A program made the translations under genes and the position numbers. From the sequence record MZ234013.1: a stretch of 64,000 nucleotides of DNA; one strand, written 5' to 3'. A model generated the notes under the pieces. It did no database searches. It worked only from the letters and a program-made list of their open reading frames with translations, and was not told the origin of the DNA. Positions 1 to 11,032 of this stretch are shown here, in pieces; the stretch's first letter is position 1; each line of letters starts with the position of its first letter. The stretch is from Escherichia phage vB_EcoM-101112UKE3-1.

Positions 1-1191
1 CTGGCTGATTCTCCAGAAGACCACAGCTGGTTAGTAAAAGAAACAGAAAAATATGTTCAGCAAAGGGCGATGTTTAATGCTACGTCTAAAATAATTGAAA
101 TTCAAACTAATGCTGAGCTTCCTCCAGAAAAACGAAATAAGAAAATGCCGGATGTTGGTGCTATTCCTGACATCATGCGTCAAGCATTATCAATTTCATT
201 TGATAGCTACGTTGGTCATGATTGGATGGATGACTACGAAGCACGCTGGCTATCTTATATGAATAAAGCTCGTAAGGTTCCATTTAGACTCAAAATTCTA
301 AATAAAATTACTAAAGGCGGAGCTGAAACAGGAACACTGAACGTTTTAATGGCTGGCGTTAACGTTGGTAAATCATTAGGACTTTGTTCATTAGCAGCAG
401 ATTATTTGCAGCTTGGTCATAACGTTCTTTATATCTCCATGGAAATGGCAGAAGAAGTCTGTGCTAAACGTATTGATGCTAACATGCTCGATGTTTCTCT
501 TGATGACATTGATGATGGACATATTTCTTATGCCGAGTATAAAGGAAAAATGGAAAAATGGCGTGAGAAATCTACTCTCGGTCGTTTAATCGTTAAGCAA
601 TATCCTACTGGTGGAGCAGACGCTAATACATTTCGATCACTTTTAAATGAATTAAAGCTCAAGAAGAATTTTGTTCCAACAATCATTATTGTCGACTATC
701 TAGGTATTTGTAAATCTTGTCGCATTAGAGTTTATTCAGAAAATAGTTACACAACTGTTAAAGCCATTGCAGAGGAATTACGTGCTCTGGCTGTTGAAAC
801 CGAAACTGTTCTTTGGACTGCAGCACAGGTTGGTAAACAAGCTTGGGATTCTTCTGATGTTAACATGAGTGATATCGCAGAATCTGCCGGTCTTCCAGCA
901 ACAGCTGATTTTATGCTTGCGGTCATTGAAACCGAGGAGCTAGCAGCTGCTGAACAACAACTCATTAAGCAAATCAAATCACGATATGGTGATAAGAATA
1001 AGTGGAATAAGTTTTTGATGGGTGTTCAAAAAGGAAATCAGAAATGGGTAGAAATTGAACAAGATTCTACTCCAACTGAAGTGAGTGAGGTAGCAGGTTC
1101 ACAACAGATACAAGCTGAGCAGAATCGCTATCAAAGAAACGAATCGACTCGAGCTCAGTTAGATGCTTTGGCAAATGAATTAAAATTTTAG
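1..1191 (+). CDS. 41: DNA primase-helicase gp41 (DnaB-like replicative helicase), 5'-truncated by window edge
   Basis: Open frame from nt 1 with no stop; translation matches T4 gp41 C-terminal two thirds; Walker-type GKS motif. Confidence 0.9.
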   Translation: MADSPEDHSWLVKETEKYVQQRAMFNATSKIIEIQTNAELPPEKRNKKMPDVGAIPDIMRQALSISFDSYVGHDWMDDYEARWLSYMNKARKVPFRLKILNKITKGGAETGTLNVLMAGVNVGKSLGLCSLAADYLQLGHNVLYISMEMAEEVCAKRIDANMLDVSLDDIDDGHISYAEYKGKMEKWREKSTLGRLIVKQYPTGGADANTFRSLLNELKLKKNFVPTIIIVDYLGICKSCRIRVYSENSYTTVKAIAEELRALAVETETVLWTAAQVGKQAWDSSDVNMSDIAESAGLPATADFMLAVIETEELAAAEQQLIKQIKSRYGDKNKWNKFLMGVQKGNQKWVEIEQDSTPTEVSEVAGSQQIQAEQNRYQRNESTRAQLDALANELKF

Positions 1192-1220
1192 TTTACAAGC
1201 TGACAAGACTATGGTATAGT
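1191..1220 (+). promoter_or_regulatory. T4-type early promoter (GTTTAC -35, TATAGT -10, 18-nt spacer); -10 lies in the loop of an 8-bp hairpin
   Basis: Motif spacing read from sequence. Confidence 0.5.
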
Positions 1221-1249
1221 AGTCTTGTTGGTTAAATGAGGAGATTGTT

Positions 1250-1432
1250 ATGGAATTGGTAAAGGTAGTTTTTATGGGGTGGTTTAAGAATGAAAGTATG
1301 TTTACTAAAGAAATCACAATGATGAAAGATGACGTTCAATGGGCTACTACTCAATATGCTGAAGTTAATAAAGCATTAGTTAAAGCTTTCATTGATGACA
1401 AGAAAGTATGTGAAGTAGATTGCCGAGGATAA
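1250..1432 (+). CDS. dmd: Dmd, discriminator of mRNA degradation (antitoxin against host RnlA/LsoA), 60 aa
   Basis: 60-aa ORF with GAGGAG SD; sequence recognised as T4 Dmd; position immediately downstream of 41. Confidence 0.85.
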   Translation: MELVKVVFMGWFKNESMFTKEITMMKDDVQWATTQYAEVNKALVKAFIDDKKVCEVDCRG

Positions 1433-1433
1433 T

Positions 1434-1691
1434 ATGCATATTGTTTTATTTAAACCTACTCCGTATAACGTCAGGAAAAATACTCAATTCAAAGCACTTA
1501 TTGCAGATACGTGGGAATTGGTGCTAGATATTCCAGCAGAAGAAAGTCCTCCATTTGGTCGAGTGGAATTTATTAAGTTTGCTGTACGTCCTACGAAGCG
1601 ACAGATTCGTCAGTGTAAAAGGTATTTTCGTAAAATCGTCAAGTTAGAGAAACAGTTTGTAACATGTGATTACGCAGAAGTTTTAAAATAA
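1434..1691 (+). CDS. hypothetical protein (T4 61.4 position), 85 aa
   Basis: ORF in T4 gene order between dmd and sp. Confidence 0.55.
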   Translation: MHIVLFKPTPYNVRKNTQFKALIADTWELVLDIPAEESPPFGRVEFIKFAVRPTKRQIRQCKRYFRKIVKLEKQFVTCDYAEVLK

Positions 1692-1693
1692 CT

Positions 1694-1723
1694 GTTTACT
1701 TTTGTTGGAAATTGAGATACTAT
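1694..1723 (+). promoter_or_regulatory. T4-type early promoter
   Basis: GTTTAC then 18 nt then TACTAT upstream of sp. Confidence 0.5.
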
Positions 1724-1751
1724 ATAAACATAAACTACTGAGGAGATTATC

Positions 1752-2045
1752 ATGAAAAAATTTATCTTTGCTACAATTTTTGCTTTAGCTTCTTGTGCTG
1801 CTCAGCCTGCTATGGCAGGTTATGATAAAGATTTATGTGAATGGTCTATGACTGCAGATCAGACTGAAGTTGAAACTCAAATTGAAGCGGATATTATGAA
1901 TATCGTTGAGCGTGATCGTCCTGAAATGAAAGCTGAAGTACAAAAACAGCTTAAATCAGGTGGTGTGATGCAGTATAACTATGTTTTGTATTGCGATAAA
2001 AACTTTAATAACAAAAATATCGTAACCGAAATCACAGGTGAATAA
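1752..2045 (+). CDS. sp: Spackle periplasmic protein (lysis from without / superinfection related), 97 aa
   Basis: N-terminal signal peptide MKKFIFATIFALASCAAQPAMA; size and position match T4 sp. Confidence 0.8.
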   Translation: MKKFIFATIFALASCAAQPAMAGYDKDLCEWSMTADQTEVETQIEADIMNIVERDRPEMKAEVQKQLKSGGVMQYNYVLYCDKNFNNKNIVTEITGE

Positions 2046-2046
2046 T

Positions 2047-2685
2047 ATGATTTATTACATGCACAAAAACGCGCCGTTTAAATATGGTAAATTTCCTAAT
2101 GCGCAATGTTATAATATAACGCCGAATGAAAATAATAATGGATACCATATCGGTGTAATTTTTGTAATTGTTAAAGATAACGAAATCGTTGCCTGGGCAG
2201 ATTTTAAAGGTACAACACATGATGTTAATCCGGTGCCTTTCACATATTACAATATAATGGATTTGGCATATGATTATAATTGGTTTAATCATGACACGTT
2301 GGCTCATATTCATATTGAAGGTGTAGGATTTGACATCTCTTATTCTAGCTACTCATTGTGTCCTATGAGTCGGGCTCATAAAGAACCTGAATATTTTTCA
2401 TTTAGGAAACGTGTAAACTTTAAACGCAGCACAGAGTATGTCGGTGGAATATTTGTTAAAGATAATCGAATTATTCGTATTAATTATCCTTTGGGCTGTG
2501 GTCAAAAAGATATTGATGTTGATTTAGATTTCACTGAAAATAATATTAATCATATTGCTTCTGTGTATTTTGGTATCGATCACAAAATTGTAATATGTGG
2601 ATATGAATTACCGTTTGAAGAACAGCCTAAAGTAAAAGTTTCTATTGACGATCAAATTTTTAATGCTTTTATGAATAGAGGTTAA
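2047..2685 (+). CDS. hypothetical protein (T4 61.2 position)
   Basis: ORF; ATG at 2047 overlaps sp stop; track ORF starts at upstream GTG. Confidence 0.55.
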   Translation: MIYYMHKNAPFKYGKFPNAQCYNITPNENNNGYHIGVIFVIVKDNEIVAWADFKGTTHDVNPVPFTYYNIMDLAYDYNWFNHDTLAHIHIEGVGFDISYSSYSLCPMSRAHKEPEYFSFRKRVNFKRSTEYVGGIFVKDNRIIRINYPLGCGQKDIDVDLDFTENNINHIASVYFGIDHKIVICGYELPFEEQPKVKVSIDDQIFNAFMNRG

Positions 2686-2686
2686 T

Positions 2687-2851
2687 ATGAAAACATATAA
2701 AGAATTTATTAAAGAAGATATGGTTGCTGGAGATTCAGGTGGTAATCCTGAAAATATCTCTACTGGAACAACATCAGGTGCTGTAGTAAATAAAGGTCCT
2801 GAACAGATTCCTAAAAAGAAAAAAGAGGAATCTAAAGAAAAAGAAGAGTAA
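2687..2851 (+). CDS. small acidic/lysine-rich protein (T4 61.1 position), 54 aa
   Basis: ATG overlapping previous stop (TAATATG), 55 codons, ends 3 nt before gene 61 start. Confidence 0.45.
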   Translation: MKTYKEFIKEDMVAGDSGGNPENISTGTTSGAVVNKGPEQIPKKKKEESKEKEE

Positions 2852-2854
2852 AGA

Positions 2855-3883
2855 ATGTCATCAATAGCTTGGATTGATAATGAGTTTGCATATCGTGCAT
2901 TAGCTCATTTACCTAAATTCACACAAGTAAATAATAGTTCAACTTTTAAATTACGGTTTAGATGCCCAGTTTGTGGAGATTCAAAAACCGACCAAAATAA
3001 AGCGCGTGGATGGTATTATGGTGATAATAATGAAGGAAATATTCATTGTTATAACTGTAACTATCATGCGCCAATCGGAATATATTTAAAGGAGTTTGAA
3101 CCTGATTTATATCGTGAGTATATCTTTGAAATAAGAAAAGAAAAAGGTAAAAGTCGTCCAGTAGAAAAACCTAAAGAACTTCCTAAACATCCTGAGAAGA
3201 AAATAATTAAATCTCTTCCGTCATGTGTTAGATTAGATAAACTGGCGGAAGACCATCCAATTATAAAATATGTAAAAGCTCGTTGTATTCCAAAGGATAA
3301 ATGGAAATATCTTTGGTTTACAACCGAATGGCCTAAATTAGTTAATAGCATAGCACCGGGAACATACAAAAAGGAAATTTCTGAGCCTCGTCTTGTTATT
3401 CCAATTTATAATGCTAATGGAAAAGCTGAGTCTTTTCAAGGACGTGCATTAAAGAAAGATGCTCCTCAAAAATATATCACCATCAAAGCTTATCCTGAGG
3501 CAACAAAAATATATGGAGTCGAACGAGTTAAAGATGGTGATGTATATGTTCTAGAAGGACCTATAGATTCACTTTTTATTGAAAATGGTATAGCTATTAC
3601 GGGTGGTCAATTAGACCTAGAAGTTGTTCCATTTAAAGATAGACGAGTGTGGGTTTTAGATAATGAGCCTCGTCACCCTGACACTATCAAGCGAATGACT
3701 AAATTAGTTGATGCAGGAGAAAGGGTTATGTTTTGGGATAAATCTCCCTGGAAATCAAAAGATGTTAATGATATGATTAGAAAGGAAGGTGCAACCCCTG
3801 AACAAATTATGGAATATATGAAAAATAATATTGCCCAGGGGTTAATGGCTAAAATGCGGTTATCTAAATATGCCAAGATTTAA
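2855..3883 (+). CDS. 61: DNA primase gp61, 342 aa
   Basis: N-terminal zinc ribbon CPVCGDS...CYNC; sequence matches T4 gp61; length 342 aa. Confidence 0.9.
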   Translation: MSSIAWIDNEFAYRALAHLPKFTQVNNSSTFKLRFRCPVCGDSKTDQNKARGWYYGDNNEGNIHCYNCNYHAPIGIYLKEFEPDLYREYIFEIRKEKGKSRPVEKPKELPKHPEKKIIKSLPSCVRLDKLAEDHPIIKYVKARCIPKDKWKYLWFTTEWPKLVNSIAPGTYKKEISEPRLVIPIYNANGKAESFQGRALKKDAPQKYITIKAYPEATKIYGVERVKDGDVYVLEGPIDSLFIENGIAITGGQLDLEVVPFKDRRVWVLDNEPRHPDTIKRMTKLVDAGERVMFWDKSPWKSKDVNDMIRKEGATPEQIMEYMKNNIAQGLMAKMRLSKYAKI

Positions 3884-4080
3884 ATTAACCCAACTAAAGC
3901 AAATGCTAGATCTACGAATGTATCAAGAGTAACTACTGGAATATTAACACCATGCGCAATTGCAATTGGTGATAAAATAAAGTTCCAGAGTAAAATTCCT
4001 ACCATAGCAGAAATAGTAAAAGCTATACGTTTTTTATTACCTTTTATGGCATTAACAAGTGCCATTAATTTTTGTGCCAT
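3880..4080 (-). CDS. small hydrophobic (membrane) protein, 66 aa, convergent with gene 61
   Basis: Minus-strand ORF with strong SD (AAGGAGGA then 3 nt then ATG); hydrophobic stretches; stop codon overlaps gene 61 stop (TTAA). Confidence 0.55.
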   Translation of the reverse strand: MAQKLMALVNAIKGNKKRIAFTISAMVGILLWNFILSPIAIAHGVNIPVVTLDTFVDLAFALVGLI

Positions 4081-4124
4081 ATGTCCTCCTTTAAATTAAT
4101 ATTTATCACAAATTTCATAAATTT

Positions 4125-4154
4125 GTTTACTTTCTCAGCTTGTTATGGTATTAT
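4125..4154 (+). promoter_or_regulatory. T4-type early promoter upstream of the 186-aa ORF/dam operon
   Basis: GTTTAC then 18 nt then TATTAT. Confidence 0.55.
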
Positions 4155-4179
4155 AAAATAAATTGCTGAGGATGATATA

Positions 4180-5519
<1,340 letters not shown>

Positions 5520-5579
5520 TTGCTTACATACTCAAATGATATAATTATTTAACTTATTGATGAATTGAAAGGAAAAATA

Positions 5580-6098
5580 ATGGCTTACTTTAACGAATGT
5601 AGTCAACTGATCGAAGGCGCTGATAAAGCTCAAAATGAATATTGGGATATTCTCGGTGATGAAAAAGACCCGCTGCAGGTAATGCTTGACATGCAGAAAT
5701 CTCTGCAGATTCGTTTAGCTAAAGATAAACCTGAATATAACCGTCATCCTGATGATTTGGCTACTGCAGGTGAAGTTGTTGATTGGCTGCGTAATCAGAA
5801 AGATTATATTGATGATGAATTCCGCGAACTTCTGACTTCTCTTGGTGGTATGAGCAATGGTGAAAAAGATGCATCTGCTGTATGGAAGCCTTGGAAAGCT
5901 CAACATGGTGAACGACGTGAAACTCTGATTACTGATTTGTCTCCACAAGACCAGTTGGAAATTAAATTCGAAATGATTGATATTCTTCATTTCGTTCTGA
6001 ACATGTTCCAAGGCCTCGGTCTTACGGCTGAAGAAATCTTTAAACTTTATTATCTGAAAAATGCTGAAAATTTCGCTCGTCAAGACCGAGGTTATTAA
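5580..6098 (+). CDS. 56: dCTP/dCDP pyrophosphatase gp56
   Basis: Sequence matches T4 gp56 (MAxFNEC...); follows dam. Confidence 0.9.
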   Translation: MAYFNECSQLIEGADKAQNEYWDILGDEKDPLQVMLDMQKSLQIRLAKDKPEYNRHPDDLATAGEVVDWLRNQKDYIDDEFRELLTSLGGMSNGEKDASAVWKPWKAQHGERRETLITDLSPQDQLEIKFEMIDILHFVLNMFQGLGLTAEEIFKLYYLKNAENFARQDRGY

Positions 6099-6128
6099 CA
6101 GCTCGTCTTAAAAGCCGCGAGAATTTAT

Positions 6129-6136
6129 TATAAATA
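6129..6136 (+). promoter_or_regulatory. T4 late promoter box TATAAATA upstream of soc
   Basis: Exact TATAAATA about 30 nt upstream of soc ATG. Confidence 0.5.
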
Positions 6137-6166
6137 ATCATGTAATTTAAATAAAAGGAGAATTAC

Positions 6167-6412
6167 ATGGCTAGTACTCGCGGTTATGTTAATATCAAAA
6201 CATTTGAGCAGAAATTAGATGGAAATAAGAAAATTGAAGGAAAGGAAATTTCAGTAGCTTTCCCTCTTTATTCTGACGTTCACAAAATTTCTGGTGCTCA
6301 TTACCAGACGTTCCCTTCAGAAAAAGCAGCATATACTACTGTATATGAAGAAAATCAGCGTACTGAATGGATTGCTGCAAACGAAGATTTGTGGAAAGTA
6401 ACTGGTGGTTAA
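6167..6412 (+). CDS. soc: small outer capsid protein Soc
   Basis: Sequence matches T4 Soc (MASTRGYVNIKTFEQ...). Confidence 0.9.
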   Translation: MASTRGYVNIKTFEQKLDGNKKIEGKEISVAFPLYSDVHKISGAHYQTFPSEKAAYTTVYEENQRTEWIAANEDLWKVTGG

Positions 6413-6418
6413 TAATTC

Positions 6419-6445
6419 AAGGACTCCTTCGGGAGTCCTTTTTTC
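6419..6445 (+). terminator. intrinsic terminator (GGACTCC-TTCG-GGAGTCC + T6)
   Basis: Perfect 7-bp GC stem with TTCG tetraloop followed by TTTTTT. Confidence 0.75.
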
Positions 6446-6454
6446 ATTTAAATG

Positions 6455-6484
6455 GTTTACTTTCCAAAATGAGTATGGTATAAT
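6455..6484 (+). promoter_or_regulatory. T4-type early promoter
   Basis: GTTTAC then 18 nt then TATAAT. Confidence 0.55.
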
Positions 6485-6510
6485 AGAATTATCTTATAGA
6501 GGAGAGCGCT

Positions 6511-6717
6511 ATGTTAAATCGTTGGATTAAACCGAATGAAGATTTAGATATTATCATTTCACGGCATGTAATGAAGAAATATGAACTACAGCCATGGTCT
6601 ACAGAAGTTGTTGTGCATTCATTTATGATGTACGCAGATGGTTCTGTTGAATTTAATGCAGAGATTCGATATGATTATGGCGAGAAGCAAGTTGAATTCA
6701 AAAGAGGCTTTTTGTAA
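6511..6717 (+). CDS. hypothetical protein, 68 aa (soc.1 position)
   Basis: ORF with GGAG SD. Confidence 0.5.
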   Translation: MLNRWIKPNEDLDIIISRHVMKKYELQPWSTEVVVHSFMMYADGSVEFNAEIRYDYGEKQVEFKRGFL

Positions 6718-7058
6718 TGTTTATCTTTAATTGGTTTAAAAGTTTCTTTACGGATTTTTTCTCTACAACTCCCGGAGAAGGTGTAGTTCCTATTTCAAAT
6801 GACTACCTTCCTTTAACTGTAGTTGAATATGTTTATATGGGAGATGGAACAGTAGAAGCAGTTACTATGACTTATGAAGAAGCCCAAGAATATTATAAAA
6901 ATCCTTGGCGCTGGTCAACACCTACTACATCATCTAATGCACAGAAAACACAGTCTAGTTCTGATTCATATGATACAAATGTTCCTGTTCACGTATGGGC
7001 AGGTGATTCATGTGGAAGTTCTTGTGATTCTAGTTGTTCATCTACATCTTGTGATTGA
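6717..7058 (+). CDS. hypothetical protein, 113 aa, with C-terminal Ser/Cys-rich tail ([16 protein letters not shown])
   Basis: ORF overlapping previous stop (TAATG). Confidence 0.5.
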   Translation: MFIFNWFKSFFTDFFSTTPGEGVVPISNDYLPLTVVEYVYMGDGTVEAVTMTYEEAQEYYKNPWRWSTPTTSSNAQKTQSSSDSYDTNVPVHVWAGDSCGSSCDSSCSSTSCD

Positions 7059-7066
7059 GGAAAATT

Positions 7067-7552
7067 ATGGAAGCAATTTTGTTTGAAATGTTTATCAATA
7101 GTATTAGTATGGCGTTTGTCAAGGATGTTCCAATTACCGTAGCAGTAATGATTGATAAAAGATATGACAATAACATGTATCTAGTAGAAGATTTTATTTC
7201 AATGCCAATTCCAGAAGATGTTGAAATAAAACTTAAAAAGATCGGAATTATTGAAACTGTACAAAATTCTCCATTTATGGCAATTCAAGCATTTACTAAA
7301 TCTAACTATATTGATGTTAGTGAAGCATATTATAATAATAAACCGTTATCCTTCTATTCATATGATTCAATATATGATTGGAAAATAGATAAAGGAAATA
7401 AATTTATAATTACGGACGAAAGTGCGCTATCATATTTTATTACCTCTTTATGGAATAAGTTAAATCCAAATTTACTAAAAATTCATAAATTTGACGATGC
7501 TCCTACTATTGTTTTAGGTAAAATAAATGAAAGCTCCCAAGAAGATTCTTGA
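7067..7552 (+). CDS. hypothetical protein, 161 aa
   Basis: ATG with GAGGA SD; track ORF begins at upstream TTG. Confidence 0.5.
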   Translation: MEAILFEMFINSISMAFVKDVPITVAVMIDKRYDNNMYLVEDFISMPIPEDVEIKLKKIGIIETVQNSPFMAIQAFTKSNYIDVSEAYYNNKPLSFYSYDSIYDWKIDKGNKFIITDESALSYFITSLWNKLNPNLLKIHKFDDAPTIVLGKINESSQEDS

Positions 7553-7730
7553 ATGGTTCAATAGACCAAACTCAATGTATATTGACGATGGTTGGGTTGA
7601 ACAAGCAAATAAAGAAATGCAGAACGAATCGGAAGAATGGATGAAATCAATGATTAGTGCTGAGAAAGAAAAGAAATTAGAACGCTCAGCGCTTAAATTG
7701 ATGAGAGACATCTATGGTGATAAATCATGA
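7527..7730 (+). CDS. hypothetical protein, 67 aa
   Basis: ORF overlapping neighbours. Confidence 0.4.
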   Translation: MKAPKKILEWFNRPNSMYIDDGWVEQANKEMQNESEEWMKSMISAEKEKKLERSALKLMRDIYGDKS

Positions 7731-7891
7731 ACAAAGATATAACGTTAGAAGAGGCTAAAGCAAAAGCAAATGAAGCACTGGATTTGCTTCTTAAAATTGG
7801 CAGTAAAATGATGGAAGAAAATGAGAAATATATCCAGGAAAACAAAATTCCCGATGGTCCATTAGTAGGCAAAAGGAAATCACATGATTGA
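7727..7891 (+). CDS. hypothetical small protein, 54 aa
   Basis: ATG overlapping previous stop (ATGA). Confidence 0.35.
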   Translation: MNKDITLEEAKAKANEALDLLLKIGSKMMEENEKYIQENKIPDGPLVGKRKSHD

Positions 7892-8366
7892 AGTAGCAAA
7901 ACATTATTCAGTAGAATTCATGTCTAAAGAAGGTAAATCAGTAAATACTCTTGGTAAAAAATGCTCATTAATTATTCCTTTAGCAGAAAATCCGGATTTT
8001 TTAATTAAAGATATAAAAGAAAGAAAATATCCAGAAAATGTTATTCTAATTATAAAGCATACTGAAGATATTTTACAGAATACTGATTCACCGTTTTCTT
8101 CTTCTGAAGCTTTAACTATTAAAGGCTATAAAAGAGCTCATGAATATGGTCTTTTTGCCCTGTTTGAAGACGATAAAGTTAAATTAGCACTTAATTTAGC
8201 AGGTCAACCTTCTAAAAGTAAAACATTCATTATTGAAGATATTAAAGATATAAATGCATTTGTTAAGATGGTCTGGGCTCATTTTGATGTTGGACTACGC
8301 TGGAGAATATCTGAAGAAGAAAGAAAGATTATTGAAGCTAATCGTTATTTTGGTTTTTATCGCTAG
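7884..8366 (+). CDS. hypothetical protein, 160 aa (mrh region)
   Basis: ORF in T4 gene order between soc and modB. Confidence 0.5.
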   Translation: MIEVAKHYSVEFMSKEGKSVNTLGKKCSLIIPLAENPDFLIKDIKERKYPENVILIIKHTEDILQNTDSPFSSSEALTIKGYKRAHEYGLFALFEDDKVKLALNLAGQPSKSKTFIIEDIKDINAFVKMVWAHFDVGLRWRISEEERKIIEANRYFGFYR

Positions 8367-8374
8367 GAATTAAT

Positions 8375-8557
8375 ATGGATTTATTTGAGATGTTAGAAGA
8401 TAATCATTCTACGAATATCCAGAATGATTCTAGTGATTATAAGAAAGAGTACCGTATAGTATTACAGAATTATGGAATTGAAGCCCCAGATGCTCTTCTA
8501 GAAGAACTAGCTTCATACCATCTTGACCCTCCGCCTTGGGCTCCCTGGGCAAAATAA
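8375..8557 (+). CDS. hypothetical protein, 60 aa
   Basis: ORF with ATG start. Confidence 0.45.
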   Translation: MDLFEMLEDNHSTNIQNDSSDYKKEYRIVLQNYGIEAPDALLEELASYHLDPPPWAPWAK

Positions 8558-8567
8558 TTCAAAAAGT

Positions 8568-8598
8568 TGTTTACTTTCCTTCCTAACAATGATATGAT
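8568..8598 (+). promoter_or_regulatory. T4-type early promoter
   Basis: GTTTAC then about 19 nt then TATGAT. Confidence 0.45.
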
Positions 8599-8624
8599 AG
8601 CTTCTGAAGTATATGGAGGCTATC

Positions 8625-9248
8625 ATGATTATTAATCTCGCAGATGTTGAACAGTTATCTATAAAAGCTGAAAGTGTCGATTTTCAATATGATATGTACA
8701 AAAAGGTCTGTGAAAAATTTACTGACTTTGAACAGTCAGTTCTTTGGCAGTGTATGGAAGCCAAAAAGAATGAAGCTCTTCATCGGCAGTTGAATAAAAT
8801 CGTTAAAAAGCATTTAACTAAATCGCCTTATCAGCTATATCGTGGTATATCAAAATCGACAAAAGAACTCATTAAAGATTTACAAGTTGGAGAAGTGTTT
8901 TCAACGAACAGAGTAGATTCATTTACTACTAGTTTGCACACAGCATGTGGTTTTTCTTATGTTGAGTATTTCACTGAAATAATATTTCGCTTAAAAACTG
9001 ATAAAGCTTTTAATTATTCTGACCATATCAGCGATATTATACTTTCTTCTCCTAATACTGAATTTAAGTATACATATGAAGATACTGATGGATTAGATTC
9101 AGAACGTACTGATAACTTAATGATGATTGTACGTGAACAAGAATGGATGATTCCAATTGGAAAGTATAAAATAACTTCTATTTCAAAAGAAAAATTACAC
9201 GATTCATTTGGAACATTTAAAGTGTATGATATTGAGGTAGTTGAATGA
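8625..9248 (+). CDS. modB: ADP-ribosyltransferase ModB, 207 aa
   Basis: R-S-E ADP-ribosyltransferase motif pattern (YRG...STS...EQEWMIP); size and position as T4 modB. Confidence 0.75.
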   Translation: MIINLADVEQLSIKAESVDFQYDMYKKVCEKFTDFEQSVLWQCMEAKKNEALHRQLNKIVKKHLTKSPYQLYRGISKSTKELIKDLQVGEVFSTNRVDSFTTSLHTACGFSYVEYFTEIIFRLKTDKAFNYSDHISDIILSSPNTEFKYTYEDTDGLDSERTDNLMMIVREQEWMIPIGKYKITSISKEKLHDSFGTFKVYDIEVVE

Positions 9249-9847
9249 AATATTCAGCAATGCAATTAAAAGATTTTAAAATCAAATCAATGGATGCATC
9301 TGTGCGTGCTTCTATTCGTGAAGAATTACTTTCCGAAGGATTTAATTTATCTGAAATTGAACTTTTAATTCATTGTATTACTAATAAACCAGACGATCAT
9401 TCTTGGTTAAATGAAATAGTCAAATCTCGTTTGGTTCCAAACGATAAACCTCTTTGGAGAGGTGTTCCAGTTGAGACTAAACAGGTGTTAAATCAAGGAA
9501 TTGATATTATTACATTTGATAAAGTAGTATCAGCTTCATATGATAAAAATATAGCTCTACATTTTGCTTCTGGATTAGAATACAACACACAAGTTATTTT
9601 TGAATTCAAAGCTCCTATGGTGTTTAATTTCCAGGAGTATGCTATAAAAGCTCTACGCTGTAAAGAATACAATCCAAACTTTAAGTTTCCGGATAGTCAT
9701 CGTTATCGTAATATGGAATTAGTTTCAGATGAACAAGAAGTAATGATACCAGCTGGAAGTGTATTTAGAATTGCAGATAGATATGAGTATAAAAAGTGTT
9801 CAACATACACTATCTATACTCTTGATTTTGAAGGATTTAATCTATAA
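9245..9847 (+). CDS. modA: ADP-ribosyltransferase ModA, 200 aa
   Basis: R-S-E motif pattern (LWRG...SAS...EQEVMIP); paralog of upstream ORF. Confidence 0.75.
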   Translation: MKYSAMQLKDFKIKSMDASVRASIREELLSEGFNLSEIELLIHCITNKPDDHSWLNEIVKSRLVPNDKPLWRGVPVETKQVLNQGIDIITFDKVVSASYDKNIALHFASGLEYNTQVIFEFKAPMVFNFQEYAIKALRCKEYNPNFKFPDSHRYRNMELVSDEQEVMIPAGSVFRIADRYEYKKCSTYTIYTLDFEGFNL

Positions 9848-9904
9848 TGGAAGGACTTAGATTCATTATACCATGAAATTTTTAAAGCATTTTTACATAA
9901 AGTT

Positions 9905-9934
9905 GTTTACAATCTGAAGTAAAAATGTTATAGT
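9905..9934 (+). promoter_or_regulatory. T4-type early promoter
   Basis: GTTTAC then 18 nt then TATAGT. Confidence 0.55.
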
Positions 9935-9972
9935 AATAAAGTATTAAATCGTCCGTAAGATGTGAGAAAAAT

Positions 9973-10719
9973 ATGAAGCTGTCTAATAACCAAATTCGTA
10001 AAATTAAACGTCGTCTAGAGCATACTCAGGCATCTGCAAAAAGACGTTCTAAAGATTTTAACTTAGACTTCAATTACATTAAGAACATTTTAGATCAGAA
10101 AGTTTGTGCTTACTCAGGAGAACCTTTTGATAATCGTGTTGAAGGAGAGAAATTATCATTAGAACGTTTTGATAATAACGTTGGATACATTAAAGGGAAT
10201 GTTATTGCAGTAAAGAAAAAGTATAATACATTTCGTTCTGATTATACTTTAGAAGAGTTGATTGAAAAGCGTGATTTATTTGCTTTGCGAATTGGTCGTT
10301 CATCTGCGAAAAAAGTTCATAAACTAAATTTAGATGAAAAGAAATGGGCTAAAATCAAAAAGACTTATAATCAAATTAAAGCTATACAGAAAAAACGTGA
10401 AAACCGAATTGAACACATTTCTCAGCTTTCTAAATCAAAACAGACCTCTGACATTAAGCTAAGGATTATAGCACTTAAAGCTCGTATTGATGGTTCTCAC
10501 ATAGCAGAAGGCGCTGAAGTTGTTAAATTGAACGTTCTTCTTAAAGGCTCGGATTGGAAAATTGTGAAAAAGTTGTCAGAAGCAGAAATGCAATATGATA
10601 TGTGTGATAAAATTATTCAAGGTGTAGAGCGGTATCAAAATTTGTCTTTTATTGATAAACTTAAACTGAAAAGAGGATACCCGCTAAATTGTTCAATTTT
10701 TAAACTTATCCGAGGATAA
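9973..10719 (+). CDS. hypothetical basic protein, 248 aa (position of T4 srd)
   Basis: ORF between modA and dda.1; assignment to srd is positional only. Confidence 0.55.
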   Translation: MKLSNNQIRKIKRRLEHTQASAKRRSKDFNLDFNYIKNILDQKVCAYSGEPFDNRVEGEKLSLERFDNNVGYIKGNVIAVKKKYNTFRSDYTLEELIEKRDLFALRIGRSSAKKVHKLNLDEKKWAKIKKTYNQIKAIQKKRENRIEHISQLSKSKQTSDIKLRIIALKARIDGSHIAEGAEVVKLNVLLKGSDWKIVKKLSEAEMQYDMCDKIIQGVERYQNLSFIDKLKLKRGYPLNCSIFKLIRG

Positions 10720-10720
10720 T

Positions 10721-11032
10721 ATGGTTTATGTATATGCGATAGTTTACCGAGACAAAGACGGATTTACGGCGCCAGTTCCGCTTGATGAACATCGTCCTGC
10801 TGTATTTTTTGAAAGGGAGATTGCTGATAAAGTATTTACTACTCTTAAAGAGCAGTATCGACTAGCTTTAGGTATGGGAATTCCGAGATTAGTTGAGACT
10901 CCACGCAAGTTTTGGTTTAATAAAATAGAAGTTAAACATGTTAAGCCTGATGTAGACACACAAAGATTATATCGGCGAATTTTAGATACTGGGCGTATTG
11001 TTAGTATACCAATTGCAGGGAATTTACGATGA
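10721..11032 (+). CDS. hypothetical protein, 103 aa (dda.1 position)
   Basis: ORF overlapping dda start. Confidence 0.5.
   Translation: MVYVYAIVYRDKDGFTAPVPLDEHRPAVFFEREIADKVFTTLKEQYRLALGMGIPRLVETPRKFWFNKIEVKHVKPDVDTQRLYRRILDTGRIVSIPIAGNLR

Noticed and set aside
747-977. 76-aa minus-strand ORF inside gene 41
   Set aside because: Antisense to a well-supported helicase gene, no SD; looks like a chance open frame.
6874-7086. 70-aa His-rich ORF in an alternative frame
   Set aside because: Lies wholly within the 113-aa ORF 6717..7058 and the next gene; no SD; likely a frame artefact of repetitive CAT/CAC codons.
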